A DNA stretch of 64,000 nt from Balanoglossus misakiensis (Eukaryota > Animalia > Hemichordata), in the NCBI GenBank assembly GCA_040954595.2, contig CM082596.2, positions 124,001 through 188,000 on the forward strand, given 5' to 3'. Both the position numbers and the translations under genes were made by a program. Under the pieces are notes generated by a model that ran no database searches, was not told where the DNA came from, and saw only the letters and a list, made by a program, of their open reading frames with translations. Positions within the stretch are counted from its first letter, which is position 1; each line of letters opens with the position of its first letter. Positions 48,721 to 63,800 of this stretch are shown here, piece after piece.

Positions 48721-51279
48721 ATGCAGTAACGGCAATTTAGTAAATTATACAAAGAATATTGAAGAATATGTGGCTTTTTAGTTAGCTTAGTACAACATGG
48801 GTGTATTTTATAGTAAGGTTTTAATCATATTTACCCCCAAAATATAGAGTAAAGGCTAATTACAGTTGTATTGGTAATTGTATCAGAGGTCCTTGTTTTT
48901 TTTATTTGTTTTACATACAATAATAAACAAAGAGTTGATTTTCAAGAGCAATGAGTGTTTGTTTGTTTATTTACGTCTACATGTATTTTCACTGAATGTT
49001 TGTGCGTTTAAAACAGTGATATATTTCTCCAGGGTCTATGCTTGAGTTGACTAAACCTTTAAACCTCCGAATGACAGGTATTAATTAAACTCGTTAGAAA
49101 TTAACAGCTTGTCATAACTATAAGTTTGTCAGAATCACTGTGGGAGATGCAGTCATCTGTAAATAGAGTACAACAAAGTAGATATTTCACAGTCCTGAGT
49201 TGAACCCATGATTAGATTATGTAGTTGAAAAGTTTATCCCCAAGTCAAGTTTTATGACTTGAGGTCTGTTCAATGTCACACAGCCAAAAGTGCAATTGCA
49301 TGTTAACACAAAAAGCTTTCTGTTTAGGTTTATACGCTGAACTGAAATCTATATGAACAGCATTAGTACCAGGTGATTCAAGATGATCAATAATGAAATG
49401 AAGAGGTAACATTTTATCCAATCTACTGGAACTGGATCAACAAATTTTATGGGATCGAACCCAGACCAACTACAATATTCAAACAGCAAGCAAATGCACA
49501 AAACTAGTTGATTACATCTGAATTACATCAAGCATTTACCACATACATACACTCTCACTACATTGATCTGGAAAAAGCTGATTCTGTGGTGTGCTTGTCT
49601 GGGCTTCTCTAACTTGTTGGTAAACTTACATGATTTTCACAGATTATTGTTTTCAGTCTTGAGCAACATGAGATTATTTGTGTGATAGAAAATTAAATTG
49701 TCTAACTTTGAATAGATCGACAGACAGACAAACATGCAGACAGACAGACAGACCACACAGAAATCAAAGAGAAAATTATGTTACACTATTTTATGAGTTC
49801 ATTTTATTCGTAATTTTCCACATTTTCTTGTAATTTAAGAGTGATACAAGTGCCAGCCACAGCACAGTGATTGCAAATGCCAAAAGCACCACAATTTCTG
49901 CAATTAGAAGGTTTTTTTGTGAAATTCTTACTGCTCTTTAATTTTACAATGATAATCATATTAACAAATATTTCATCTAAGTACAAAGGGAAAAATATTT
50001 TCATTGAAAGTGTTTTCAGAACACTCCCATATGTGCTCATTATTGAATAAACATGACCTTTTTTAATATACAAACTCCCAAAATATAACCTTTTACACAG
50101 TGTGTTGTTTACTGCTCATCAGTTCTAAGCATGAATCTTACAATAAGTAACAACAAAATATGCAGTAAAAATACACCAATGGACAAACAGAAAGTACTTC
50201 CAAAACACTTGGAATTTATAATTTGTTTCACTCAATTTATTTAAGTACTCTGCAGATCTGGTGAAATAACATCTTAAAACAAAACAAAACTGACAACAAA
50301 AATTAACAGATCCGGTTATACAGTCACAGAGTGAACCCCCCCCCCCCCCCCATATCATGAAATAAATTTTCAGAGCAAAAAGCAGATCTATCATTATACT
50401 GTGATAAAGTACAGCAGATCCAATTGTCTTTATATATAAAAAAAAAACTCCTTTACTAATAAATATACCATTTAACGAGCTTCAACAAATACTTCATAAC
50501 AGATACAAAAAAGACCTATGTATATGTCATGTACTACAAAATAATGAGGAAAGCATTGTGTAAAAATTTTTGTTCATTTTAACTGAATAGTATTAAAATG
50601 CATTGAGATAGAAACATTTTAGTTGGCCCTTGTCTGGTCCATGCCAACCGTCCTTTCATGCTACATATGCTGAATCTCCCTCCTGGTTTGTTCTTACTGT
50701 CTGTTAATGGGATTCACCCATGAAGAAAATTCCAGTCAAACAAAAGTCAGAAAAGAATAAAAAGATATATGCTGTTTACTGAGCAAGCCAAATTTTTCAA
50801 ACAAAATGTGTGTAAATGTGTATAAAAGTAATCATTGATATGATTCTATGGTTATCAAAGTTCAAGGACACTGTGTTTTCACTTGATCAGAATTGGTATA
50901 TTCAAGTGTGCCATATACATGTACATGTACTGGAAGTTTCCGATTAATTTCCAACAGAAGTAAGAGCATACATGTTTATATCATTACAGGCAGTTATTAA
51001 TGACATTTTGTACCATTACAGCATATTTAGTGTTTTTATACTATGGAACCAAATTTGGATGAAAAGGGCTAATGTGTATGTCACAAATAACAAAAAGACT
51101 AGTATGTTTCAGTAAAATTGTCTAACCAGACTGAAGTCATCCATTATAAAAGTGACAGACCCAACCTTAAGTGCTTTCATTTGAATACTTCAGACCTGTA
51201 ACTTCTTTGACAAGCTAGAAGTTGGCACATATGTCGAAATATTTGAAGCAGTAAACCAATACAGTGGATATGTAAACCA

Positions 51280-51286
51280 ATGATGT

Positions 51287-51330
<44 letters not shown>

Positions 51331-51384
51331 GATGATGATTATGATTAATGATGATTGATAATGATGATGATGATGATTGATGAT
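51280..51384. repeat. (GAT)n trinucleotide microsatellite, imperfect
   Basis: Read directly; it produces the spurious poly-His ORF at 51190-51387. Confidence 0.9.
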
Positions 51385-52107
51385 CAAGGGTATTAAAACA
51401 CGGTGGAGAGCACTAATATCCAGGCAAGCATTCTATGCTAACAAAGACTGATATCACATATTATACACATGATCTACAACAAAACATAAAACTATATATT
51501 TACAACCCAAACCTGACAAAACTTTCTGATTAATTTATGTCAGGATTGATGACCTTCACTGTCAATTCCACAATACTTGAGTTGCTATGAATATTTTTGA
51601 GAAAAAAAGCTATAGTTTTTCAAAGGTGGAAGTTTGGCTAGAAAATACCATAAAAGCTTCTTTAGCTGTAAAAAAATATTTTATAAAGAACAAATGACTC
51701 TGACAAATTTTGTCAATGAGTAAACTAAACATGAGGCAAATATTTGGACTGTCTTCATCGTGACAAATGCCAACAAAAAATAAAACTGCCAACACTGGGC
51801 TCAAGAAAATTATCCCTCTCTATTTTTTTTGCGATTGCCTCTTCCCATTCTCATACCGCATTTTCTAATTGGTTGAAAAACGACATTTCTTCTAGTTCAA
51901 GGATGAAACAGCCAATTGGAGTTTGGGTTCTTGAATTGAGTCAGGTTGGTACACTTTCTCCAATAGACAGTTATTAGTAGAATTGCTTTGACCGCCTCCA
52001 CCTCCCTTTGGTATTTTCAGAAAACAGACTAGCCATGCTGGGAGTAAAAATCACTTTTGCGAGACACGCGTCTTGCGAGTTCCTTCCACAGGGTTTGTCG
52101 TCTTGTC

Positions 52108-54888
52108 TCAGTAGACAGTTTTGAGTTTCTTGTTTCCTTCCTGCATCTTCATGAGCGTCTTCTTGATTCGAAGTGAAGTCAGTCTGGCTGATGAATTGTG
52201 AAACCAACACTCTCTCATCAACTTAGCAAGTGATGTCATTGTCTGTAAACAAACATAAACAGTTAGATGCTACAAGATTACACTGTAGAGAGTGAAAACA
52301 ACAGAATGGATATTTGACAACAACACAAACATTTTGTGATTATTGATGTTTTGATGAGAAACAACAACTTAGGATTTGAATTTTCCAGCTTCGGAACACA
52401 ACATGTGCATCAAATGGTAAACAACAACATCAAGTGATCAGAAAATTAAAATTTTTGCTTACAGAGTCATTAGACCATCTGTTTGGTATAGCTGGTCTCA
52501 TCTGTGCATCACAAACCACTTTTCTCATATCTTCAAAGCTGGGATCACTTGGCACCATATCATAAAATGGCGGCCTATACTCTTCAGCTATACCTGTAAT
52601 AAAAAACACAGTATTGAAATTGTTGTTAATACACAAAATCCCCAGAATAACCACTATGACAATTTACATCCCATAATGCAATTCTAGTTCAGTTACATAT
52701 ATATATGCATGAAAGATTAGATGGCACTATCATCTTTGTCATGCCAATTGTATGGTCCGTAGCTAGTAACTATGGTTACTTACCTGCTACAATACACCTC
52801 CTTGACACTTCCCAGAGTACAAGTCCAAATGCATACACATCAATGCGTTTAAATGAATCAAAAGAGTCTAAATTCATTGATTCATCAAGTAGTTCTGGAG
52901 CCATATAACGTTTTGTTCCAACTCTATTATTTGACCCCATATCAATTGTGTTGGTTTCCTGTGAATGCATAACTGCAAGTCCAAGATCTGCAATGCAACA
53001 CGTCAGGTTCCTCTTGACGAGAATATTTTTTGATTTGATGTCCCTGTGGGCAATGGCTTTCTTTCCCTGCGTACCAAAGATTTCTGTGTGCAAATGTACA
53101 AGTCCACTCACTGCAGTACTCAGCAACTGTAACATTGATGCAGTGTCCAGCGTATTGCGATTTAAGTAGTCGTACAATGACCCATGCTCATGATAGTGTG
53201 TTATCAACCACAGCTGCGTGCATGAATTCCGTGAACACATATCTGATGCAATAAATCCTAATATGTTATCATGACGCAGTAACACAGTGTTGTATATCTC
53301 GGATTCTCTGTTCCATGACTTCTCATCTCGTGAACTGAAAATCTTGACAGCAATACTTTCACCCTGGTAAACACCACGCCAGACATCTCCATATCTTCCT
53401 TTACCTGAAATAAAATAATTAGCAATTAGTTCATCTATTACCAAAATTTCATCTAGACACAGTAGATTTTATGTTGCATGTTTCAGTACACTTACGCAAA
53501 AAGTTTTGATATTCTCAGTCTACAAAACAGGGTTAACCAAATCATCAATGAAGTGTCTTGCATGACGCGCAGTAAGTAAAATATCAACCAGCAAACTTAC
53601 CAACTTGTTCCACCAATGTGATCTGTCTGGCCACTGTTCTCTGTACCAGGAAAGGCAACCCTGACCCACTTCCTGATGTACAAGACACATCTATCAAACC
53701 CTGAAAAATGAAAATGAAAATAGAATGCACTGTAAAAAAGGCTGTCAAGACCACTGTGCTCCCATTTCTAATGTTCTATGTGATTATTCTTAACTTTGAA
53801 ATCAGAGATATATGGACAGATTCAATCCGAAATAAAGTGAAATTGCCTTGAGATACCTGTAATGTATTATCACCGGCTGGCACAGCCGTCAATCCATTGA
53901 TTTGTTGTCTTTCAGGATCTCTGCTGTTCAACTCTCTCATTCTTTTCTCGTGCAGACGTCTGAATATAAACACAGCTATGGCTACAAACAGGAGAAGAGC
54001 TGCAATGGGTGCTACAATGGATATTGCCAATGATGCTGGGCTGTAAGCAGAGCTGATCTCTCCCTGTTTATCTACAAGATAACACAAATCAAATGAATAT
54101 AAGAGAGTTTATAGCTTTCCAAACTGAATCAGAATATGTACATACATGTATTTACATTCTGTAAACCTGATTCACACAAAGGAAAGAGAGGTAATGTTTC
54201 TGCAATTATGCCCTCTCTGTTGCTTTTTATTCTCTACTTTTGTTTTTATGTTGGCCTGAGAATATGCTTACCATTGGCAGGTAGTGCCGTTGGAGTCGGT
54301 AGGGTCGGGAACAGATCATTATTACACAAATCACCAGTGCAACACTCTACCACTGATTTGGGTGAAACAGCACTGTGGCACATCAGATCTGCTTGCTCCT
54401 CCATTGGCAAACACCCCTGTGAATCAACATCAGTAGAATGGTTGAGTCGAAGAGCGCCCTCACACCTTACATGATTCTCTCTAAGCCACCAACCCAGATT
54501 AAACTTGGGACAGGTTTAGCTTGCTCTCCTCACATACAAAGTTGAAAGAACACAAGCTCACAAGTGAAAGAGACAAATATAAGATTAATCCCTCTTCTAA
54601 GAATCATGTTTCAAGTTGCCTGATTTATACTTCAAAAACAGCATTTTTTAAAGTTTGAAAAATAACTCTCTTTTTACATTGTTATCCATGTGGGCTCACA
54701 CTTGAAATCTTGGTAGGCAGGAATTTATTAGTCTCTACTAAGAAGAAGATAAGTTCTTACCCATCGCCTTGCAATTACCCCATCGTCTGCTTCAGATATG
54801 GCTGAGTAACATTTAGTTGTTGTTTCACATGACGTGTTTTCTTCATTCGGACATCCTGAGTCATGGCATACACACTTGAATGTCTCAG
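52108..54888 (-). CDS. ACVR1: BMP/activin type I receptor ALK1/2 (ACVR1/ACVRL1/Saxophone co-ortholog); signal-peptide exon not located
   Basis: Exons 54761-54888 and 54272-54416 (ectodomain, CCTGDLCN), 53857-54071 (TM), 53601-53700 ([24 protein letters not shown]), 52784-53404 (kinase; L45 loop [14 protein letters not shown] is ALK1/2 type), 52463-52593, 52108-52242 ([12 protein letters not shown]). Confidence 0.95.
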
Positions 54889-57800
54889 CTGCAACAAAAT
54901 AAACCACAATTATTGATATAATTTGACACCAATTATTGCACTTTCACATCAATGTAAAGTGAGATGACAACTGTGAAAGTTGTTTATCAGCGACATTAAG
55001 ATATGCGCATGCCAAGAAAACCAACCAGAAAATTTAATGTTTTACTTCGTACCTAAATTGGTTCATTGTACATGAACTCTTAGGAATTGTATCTCTGAAA
55101 CCAATCCATATGCAAACTCATCATTCTCTATCTAAATGCCTTTGTCACTGGAGCAGGTGTTTGATTTGCCTAGAATTTATCTTTTTATCCCTAGGGTGCC
55201 ATTACAAGTATATATTACCCCCAAGTCCACATAAAGGGTGCCATTACATGCACAAGAACGTATTACTAGAACACCAAATCAAGGGTATCAGTATATCATC
55301 ATCCTGGCAACAATATCCATGGCAACAGTAATGTCAAGTTTCAATTTTACTAGCGTAGTCACAGTAATCAATAGGAAGTTCACGATTATCAATTTTATGA
55401 TTATTGAACAGCAAAATTGTCTGATACAGTATCCAAATCTCTAGAATCATGACAACAGATGAACACCAAATACCTAGAGAAGTATGTGAACTCCAAATGT
55501 ACAGCAAAGAGGTGTGACATACGCCACCAAAAACTGAATTCCGAGACGAGAGGCCACAGTCATTGGACTGAAACCATGTTAACACTCATCAACAGAACAC
55601 TTGAGTGAACTTACCCCCAAGCCTAGCATGTGTGAAGTTAATGATGTGTGTCTGCTTGGGAGGAAAACAAAATATCCACAGCTCACAGCTAGGGTTCCCA
55701 CTGCTTGACCTCTCAGTCACTTTACACTATTGATAATATTATGCTTCAATGACTACAGTGTTTATTTAAATTTCACCATTTTCAAACAGGACTAGCTCTA
55801 ACCTGGGGACTCTGGTATTCTGTCAGTATTCGTACATACAACAGAACAATATGGTATTGGTTGTGGAGCAAACTGATGGTAGACTTGCATGGTTGTAAAT
55901 CAATACTGTAAGTCTGTGAATGATTTTAGCTCATTACCATCTACAGGATTTCAATCTTTTCCTGTGGTAAGCTAAAGTGTATGGACAGCATTTGCCAAAC
56001 AGATAGCCGTGTTAAATTGACATAATCGATTTTTGCCAAAATGAAACTCAATCTGCTGTCATCACTTCTATCTATAATTATCTATTATCTAGCATAAACA
56101 CAGATGAGATCATAGACCTTCACACTGGGCCAGTAATACTATCCTGTGGTTATAGATTATATATTTGATGATTGAATAGTGATGTGTCAGTCTTTACAAG
56201 TTTATGGGACTGAATATCAGGACTGTGTTGCCCCGGCCACCATGATTGCCAACAATCAGGAAACTGTATTTCCCCTTCAATGGTCAAACCATGATTATAG
56301 TCCGTTTACACAATTAATGACACAAACCACTGTGTAGGTGTACACTATGGAAATAAGTGTCGTTCACAGTGGCAAAATCTGGACGGACCAGGATCTAGAA
56401 CAGACTTAGCTGGTAATAAAGCAACTATACTTCAATTTTGACACATATGCCACAAGACAACAGCTGATGGTTTAATGATTCAACAGAAGTGAAACGTATA
56501 TGCTGGGAGAGTCAGCACATAGTTTGGTGTCTACTAAATCATCAAAAAAGTCACTTTTATTGTCAGGAACACCATTCCTGAACTTGAAAGCCAATGAACA
56601 AAAGTTTTGGACAAATTCACTTTATCACCAAGATGAATTCTCCCTACATGTAACTTGGATTCAAGACTGGTTTTCCTGATAATGTTTTTTCGATTACTAT
56701 GTTGACCTAAAGTTTGCGTCACATTTTCTCTTCCTCCACAATTTCATCCGCTCTTCCAACATCCCCCTACCCCACTTTTACTTCCCTTTCTTCCATTGCT
56801 CTCTCCTTTCTAGTACAGTTCCATAAGTAGTGGTTTATTTCAGTGGATTCCTCAATACAAGGGACACAGTCTGTTTATACAGCTGTATGATGTTTTCAGG
56901 TCTGACCGCAACTCTCAAAATACTATTCATAAATCCAGACACTTTATCGGTTTTAAGAGACCGACATGCTGAATCTAGCAAGGTCGAGTGTTTGAATGAC
57001 ATACAATGGTGCCAGCTTTGTTGTAGATCTCATTGTGACGAGGTCAGGTATTCTGGCACACTGTCTCATTGGCTGAGTGTCAAATTCTTCTGTTTTCCAG
57101 AGATCAAAATCTGCAAGATGACTGCACTGTCCATGTGGGAAATCTATCTTGCAAGACTTCTCTCTGTTGCACAGAGGTATTGTTTTCTCCTTGGGCCAGC
57201 AAAAACAATTTCGATGAGGGAAAAGTTCATGAGAAAAAGTGACCTGGTGTAGAAAGTGAAAGGGTTGATTCATTGCCCACACCTGGATCAGAATACATGG
57301 CAAGTCTGTAGGATGTCTACAGTACAATAGTCATGGACAATGGGACCAGATTACAGCTTTTGTGTGGAACTTTCCTCACAATTAACCATCACACCCCTAG
57401 AGGTGCAACTACCTATTAAGAGTGTACATTAGCTGGCTTAGCGTGGTGTTACCAAGACAAAGCCGATTACAGTGCACACTTTACCTAGGATTTTTTTTTT
57501 CACGGCATAGAATAGAACAGGTGCGTGCAAAATCGCTGAATCGGTTTCCAAGTCACTGTCAGCAAAAAATGATGAATTCACCAACATTTTGCTATACTAC
57601 GGATTTAACCAAATGGTTGAAAAGTTGGGATCAAACCAAAGAGCAGAAGGAAGCATATATAATCCCTCAAATCCTACATTCTATTTGCAGATTGGCCCAA
57701 GGAGTGTGTTTTTATTGTACATTGGCATGTGGTGAATATTCCACAAAATATTTGAAACATTAAGCAACTAATAAGGAAAACAGAATCACAAACAAGATAA

Positions 57801-60800
57801 AGTTTCATTTGATATACAACAGGAGATTCACTGTTTCTGCCCTCTAGAGGCAATGTTTTGGCTGTTGATTATGGAACTCCTCCCTACAAAAACAAATAGA
57901 AGATGCTATCTCTGCATCTTTGCCCGCCAAGTTAGGGAGACTGTGGTCGAGCCAATGAGAGACCCATGTCAGAGGACGATGCTATCTGTAGTGTCTCTCT
58001 GCTCCTGACAATGCCCCCCAAAAAAGTTTCCCAGTGCCCCAAATAGGTTCCCTGAACTGAACTGTTACTTCTAGTAAGAATTATGCAGCATTATAAAACC
58101 ACGAAATATGTAAAATGATATGTAAATTGTAATATAGCTGATTATCACCTGTTGTCTCACATGATTAGATGGTTCAATGTGAAAACTCTAATTCTGATTA
58201 ATGTTTTATCCTGTCTCAAAAAAATACAGCAGGAGAGTATAAGTTTTCTAAGGCACTGGTGTGTTGGTAGTCTATACATTGGTGGTCTGTGTCATCTGTT
58301 ACACCTGACAAAATCTAGAAGAGAGATGTTTGAAAGCTAAAAACAGGAACAGTAATGCATGACACAATCTACTTTTTGAAGGAGAATGAAAGATTTGTAC
58401 CAGACAACAACACTTGCCTGCATGATACTTCTCATTTTCATACATCAATGTCATACTCTAAAAAAATGTCTTTAATTCATTCAATTGCTTATGAAATACC
58501 TGTGATGAGTTTTCTCGAACTTCCTGATGATGCATTCTCAGTACCCGACACAAAGTACAGTATCTGTCGTTTGACATGTTCATGTTCTCTCCCAATCAGT
58601 AGGGACCAATGGATGTGTTTGCTCTAAAGCTTTTTTCTTTCTTTAGCTAGGTGACAAAAGGCAATAATTTGCTGCTTTCATAGGCGCTGCACACAATCAA
58701 TATGCTTACCCAGCAGCTGACAGTGTCAATAGTGAGGTGTGGGCAGTCTTTTGTCTGATATCTACAGAGAAAAGAACTATTTAGTATTTACAGGCAGTCT
58801 TGGGGAGTAGAGGGCGGAGCACTTTCTGCAGTTTTCCTTTCTATGCAGCAAATATTAATGTCACCTTTCCAATTATATGTTTCTTTAGTTTTTCTTCTGC
58901 AGTGAAAACCACAGATGATATACACAAGCTGTCTGAAATTATTGGCAGCGTATTTTCGCCCTTCTTGTCCACCAAGTGTCAATCAGCCGGTCATCGGCTA
59001 AAATGTCCAACTGCTGTATCTCCTTGATGGTGCCAGGTTGTCTGTATACAACAATTCTGGCCATACACTGCTTCAAACAACAATGTCATTCCTATGACAT
59101 TCATTGATTACTTTCACCAAACTTAAGTAGCTAGCTAGTAGCTTGTTTGTTAATTGACCACCGAGTCTGCAAGACATGGCTATGCCGTGAAATCGTTCTC
59201 CTTTTTTCTCTTACATACATATGCATTTAGCATGTTATATTCTTGTCATTTTAGTCTCAATACTAGTATACATTTTATTGAGATATTATAAAACTTATTC
59301 TCAGAAACTAATGGATTATGCTTTTCATTCTGGTTTGAAGATAAATCAAGATGGTACTTTAAGAAACACAAGACAGACACACCTGTATCTCATTCAGCAC
59401 AATACTTCTTTCACTGCAGATACTCTAATTGCTTTCAGTGCTCACGTTAAGCTAAGAGAAATTTAGCCATTTACACAATGATGAATTTGACATGGGTTCG
59501 AGCACGCTATAGAGCAAACAGTGTGGTGATGCCAATTTGACCATCTGTTCTGCTTATCTCAGTTCTGTCATGACTAAAAGATTTGATGAAAAATCTTTGG
59601 TCAGAAAATATAGAGATTGGTGCCATGGAAAAGATTTAAGAATAAAAACACTAAAACTTTGGTCATTTTTGAAAGAATTATGTTGCTCATTCTGTTGTGT
59701 AGCATGGCAACTGGACTCGACCTGCATGCTTGACAGTTTTTATGAATGACAAACTGACAACCCATAAGAAGAGTGACTTTAATTTCTTGAAATATGACAA
59801 TTTCTGCTTAAGCTAAATATGTTCATTCTCTGATGGTGAAACCTGATAGTCCAGGTGCAGACGAGTGCATCTGTCAACATCTGTTGAATTCCTACTGATA
59901 CACTTGTCAAAGAGTATCTCTGATAACACTCTGGATTTGTGAAGATTGATGGTTTCAATAATGTATCGGCTATTTCACCCAAATTTAGTTGCACCTTCTT
60001 AAAACTGCAGAGCTCAAAGAAATAGAAACAAAAAAATTCACGTTGTCGATTAAATTAATTCATTTTCAGTGGAATTAATGTGTGGTGCACCTAAGACATA
60101 CATTTGGAAAATAAGTCTGCATGTTACAAGTGAGTTTATCAATTTTTTATCATGATATTTGAGACAACAGCTGCGACACAACTGCAGTCTGACTGATCAA
60201 GGGAACCAGATTGTGGGAATAAAGCTGTGTTTACACTCAAAAAGTATGTCACTGATCATAAACTTATTGACCCTTGTTACCTCACACTTGATGCATCAAC
60301 TTTTCTCACCCTGTTGAAGACAATTTCACAGGATTAGCAATTGTTTTTCCGTTGGAATTTTCCTAACATTTCTTGCAGTATCCTGAGTATACATTACAGA
60401 AGTCCAGGTCATCCACTCATTTACCAACCAAATAAAATCACAGATGACACTGTTGATTGATTGATTGGTTGACTGACTGACTGACTATATAACTCACTCA
60501 ACAAAGTATGTAAGTTTCACTGTTTCAACTTACACCAATCATGTTTCTTTGTCTAATCTCCATCACTTCAACCACAAGATTACACCTTCACTGGTTTGTT
60601 TTACAAATCAAACAGTATTACCTGAATAAGCCAAAAACTCCTGACAACTATCTGTGCATGGAGACTGATGCAGATAAATATGTTAGTTGCCAATGGAAGT
60701 TCGGCCAAAATAATCTGAAATACACTAATCAAGATGCTCTTCTCCAATTTAAGGAAATTGATCACATAGGCCACAATTTCACCCTACAAACCTTTCCTGA

Positions 60801-63800
60801 ACCTGTTAGTGCATGAAACATTCCCAGAGGAGGTCACACAAGGCATTATACACTTTGATGCTGACAAGGTGGTCTAATATTTGCATTTTAAAGAACCTCA
60901 ACTGTTGTGGTTTCCATAACAAAGAACAATCTGACCATAACAGTCAAAAGTATTGTTTTAAGAGGTTACCTGACAAAAAGAGAGCTGTGGGTTCCATAAC
61001 AGAGGGGTTGAAGACACATTAGTTAAATTTAATTTTTGAAAATGTAGTCTGGGTGACATTTTGACATGGCATGTGTTGTCCATCTGCCATCAGGCTAAAA
61101 GTTTTATGTATCACCAAGCCTGAACGGAACGTGACTTTTCACTGTCGTTTGTGTGGGCAGATTTTGGGCACTGGCAACTAATGGCTTCCAGACCTACTGA
61201 AGCTGTTCAGTTCAAAATTCCATACAACAAAAAGTTAGCACGTAGTCACGGAGAACAGCACGGACCTTGCTTGTTTTCTCATTCTGGTTAAGAGCCATCT
61301 GTGTGTACTTCGTATAAGCAATCATTCTCCAATCTTGCGAATAACACCTAAGACTAGGAGAGTGGCCAAAACCAATTTTTCACCACTAAACACTTGTGTT
61401 TTGATGACACTCATGGGAAATTTTTTGAAGAAAAGTCCATTTCTGACATGATCCACTGACGTTATAAAAAGCTATGTTAACATACCCTTCTAAACATTTC
61501 CAGGTTTTCGCTATTTCTATATTCCTCATAAGCTTTTCCTCATGTGGACTATTAAGAATATTAAAGTATGGTGTGTTCTCAAGCTGGCATATATATGCTG
61601 GGAAAATGCAATTTGAAAAACTGCATACAAGACAGTCAAACATTTACAGCTCAATTTCAAATCAACCTACTGGTAATCTGTACAAAACCATGCATATTCA
61701 CACGATTTAATCTCATGTTACAAACCAGAGATCCAACTCTCTGCCGAGATGTAATTGTAACTACAGCACTGACCAACAGATAATTCCTAATTGTTGTGAG
61801 AAGCAATCCATCAGTACCTTTGCATCCACAATAAACGCAGGACTGCGTGTTGCTTTACAAATCCTCTGGTGAACACCGAAACTCAAAACAAAGTAGAAAC
61901 ATTGTCTTTTACTTACATAGCTCCATATTGTCCCATTGAGAATTTGGCATTTCTGTCTGTTTTCATGTGTGGAGATTTTTACAAATAAACCTCTTGACCT
62001 TCCTACAGAGTTACAGGGTTCAGTGGGTTAATCCTGTTATCGAAACCTCACCTCGCCAATCCACCAGAGACAAGGCAATGCCAACTTTTCTAGTCCAAGA
62101 CAATAAAATACTATACCACTGTCCACCTGTAGAGTACATAGGTTTGAGATTGTTTCAAACATTTTTCACGAACGTCTGAGTATTTAAATAATTTTGAAAT
62201 TTCTTCAAGTATCATGAAATCAATCAAGATGATTAACCCTCTACTCATGAGCAACCTCAAATCCCAAATGTTGATGGGTCAAAGGTTACAGTGATGATCA
62301 AGTGTAGATGGATGAAATCTATTCCATAGTGAAGGTTGATGATAGCCAGGACATGATCCTACATAAATTTAGCCAATGTGAACAATCCTAGGCAGGACGA
62401 TAATTGCAAATGAACTTCAATCTTGGTGAAAACAAGCTTAAACATGTGTTTGTTATTCTAGAATGATCTACAATCAGTTGTATTGTTCAAATTATTAAAT
62501 ATAACAATTCCTTTCTGTGGAATTTTACAAATAATTTAGTCTCGATCCCATGGTTCACCACTGGACAGAAATACCCAGTTGATCAGCTCACAGTCTATGA
62601 TCAATGATGCCACTGACATAAGGAACACTTTTCAATTTATTTTCAAATGAGATACTGACAATAGGAACATTTGGAGTGCAGCTGACACTGAGGACTTCAA
62701 TCATGGTTGCCACCTGAAAAAAAGGCAAAAACCACTGTCTCTTATATAACTCAGGTTTGGTGTGACAAAGACATCTCCTCAGAAGCAATTTAGCAGGCAC
62801 TAGAAAATTGGAACAGGCATAAAGTGTCTCCAGACACAGCATGTAAGAATTTCTATCACATTTTCATGTCTAAAATGTTCTGACACACATACATCATGCT
62901 GGTACAGGGGCATGCCATGTTTGAACAGTTTATGGTCAATAGAGTGTGAAGTGAAGGCTGCCTAGTCAGTGTGTAAACAAGACATTGTTGAGAACATCTG
63001 AGCTACTCTCTCCTCTCCAACTCAAACACCACATTTCACTCTCAAATTCAAACACTTCACAAATTTCCCTCTTCAGCTCAGTGGAGCTATTGGCCAAAAG
63101 CAGTTTTTTTTTCTTCCATCAGATCAAATCAAACATTTATATTCAAATCATCATGTTGAATATTCTCAGATTCCTAAACTGCACAAAACATAAAAAATAC
63201 AGATATGATTTTACTTCTGCAGTAACTCAATCACACACTGAGTAATGTCTGAGTTACGGAAGGTTCCTGCAGCCTGCAAAATTTAACAGGAGATTCTGTC
63301 CCAAAATAAATGCAAGAGATCTTGCATCTACCAAAAACACCATCCAATCTTCAAAGATATGTTTGGGATTCTCACCATTTAGCTATTATCTTTGAAAATG
63401 TATTTCAATGCTTGATGATGCATTGGGTCAATCAAATTCCGGTGATTATGTATATTTCAATGTGTATTAGCTCACATGAAATCAAACATGCCTTTTGAGG
63501 CCCTCTCCCATTTCTACAAAGTATCTACAATGTTTAAAACATTAAAAAGTAATTGCATTTCACTGGCTAATATTGTTTTTAAAAAATCCAGTTAGTTCAT
63601 TGCAAATTGCCATCCCAACTACGTATAACATTTCATGAACTTAAAGGGTGCTACTAAAGATCAGGATCTTTTCACACCCTTGTTTAGAATAATCCATAGG
63701 TTGAATTTAATTTGAACCACATTTGGATGGCTAAGTCTGAGAATGGCTGGGTTAATTTGCTGTCACTTGGCATGAAAAACACTCATTGTCTGCATGGTAA

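Noticed and set aside
51190-51387. Poly-His ORF on the minus strand
   Set aside because: It is a translation of a (GAT)n microsatellite in presumptive 3' UTR, with no splice context.
53615-53650. Possible activating GS-domain variant in ALK1/2 (equivalent of human R206)
   Set aside because: The sequence reads [10 protein letters not shown], the wild-type state.
56830-57327. Overlapping 140-aa (+) and 124-aa (-) ORFs
   Set aside because: No recognisable motif and no phase-compatible link to ALK1/2 or any other gene.
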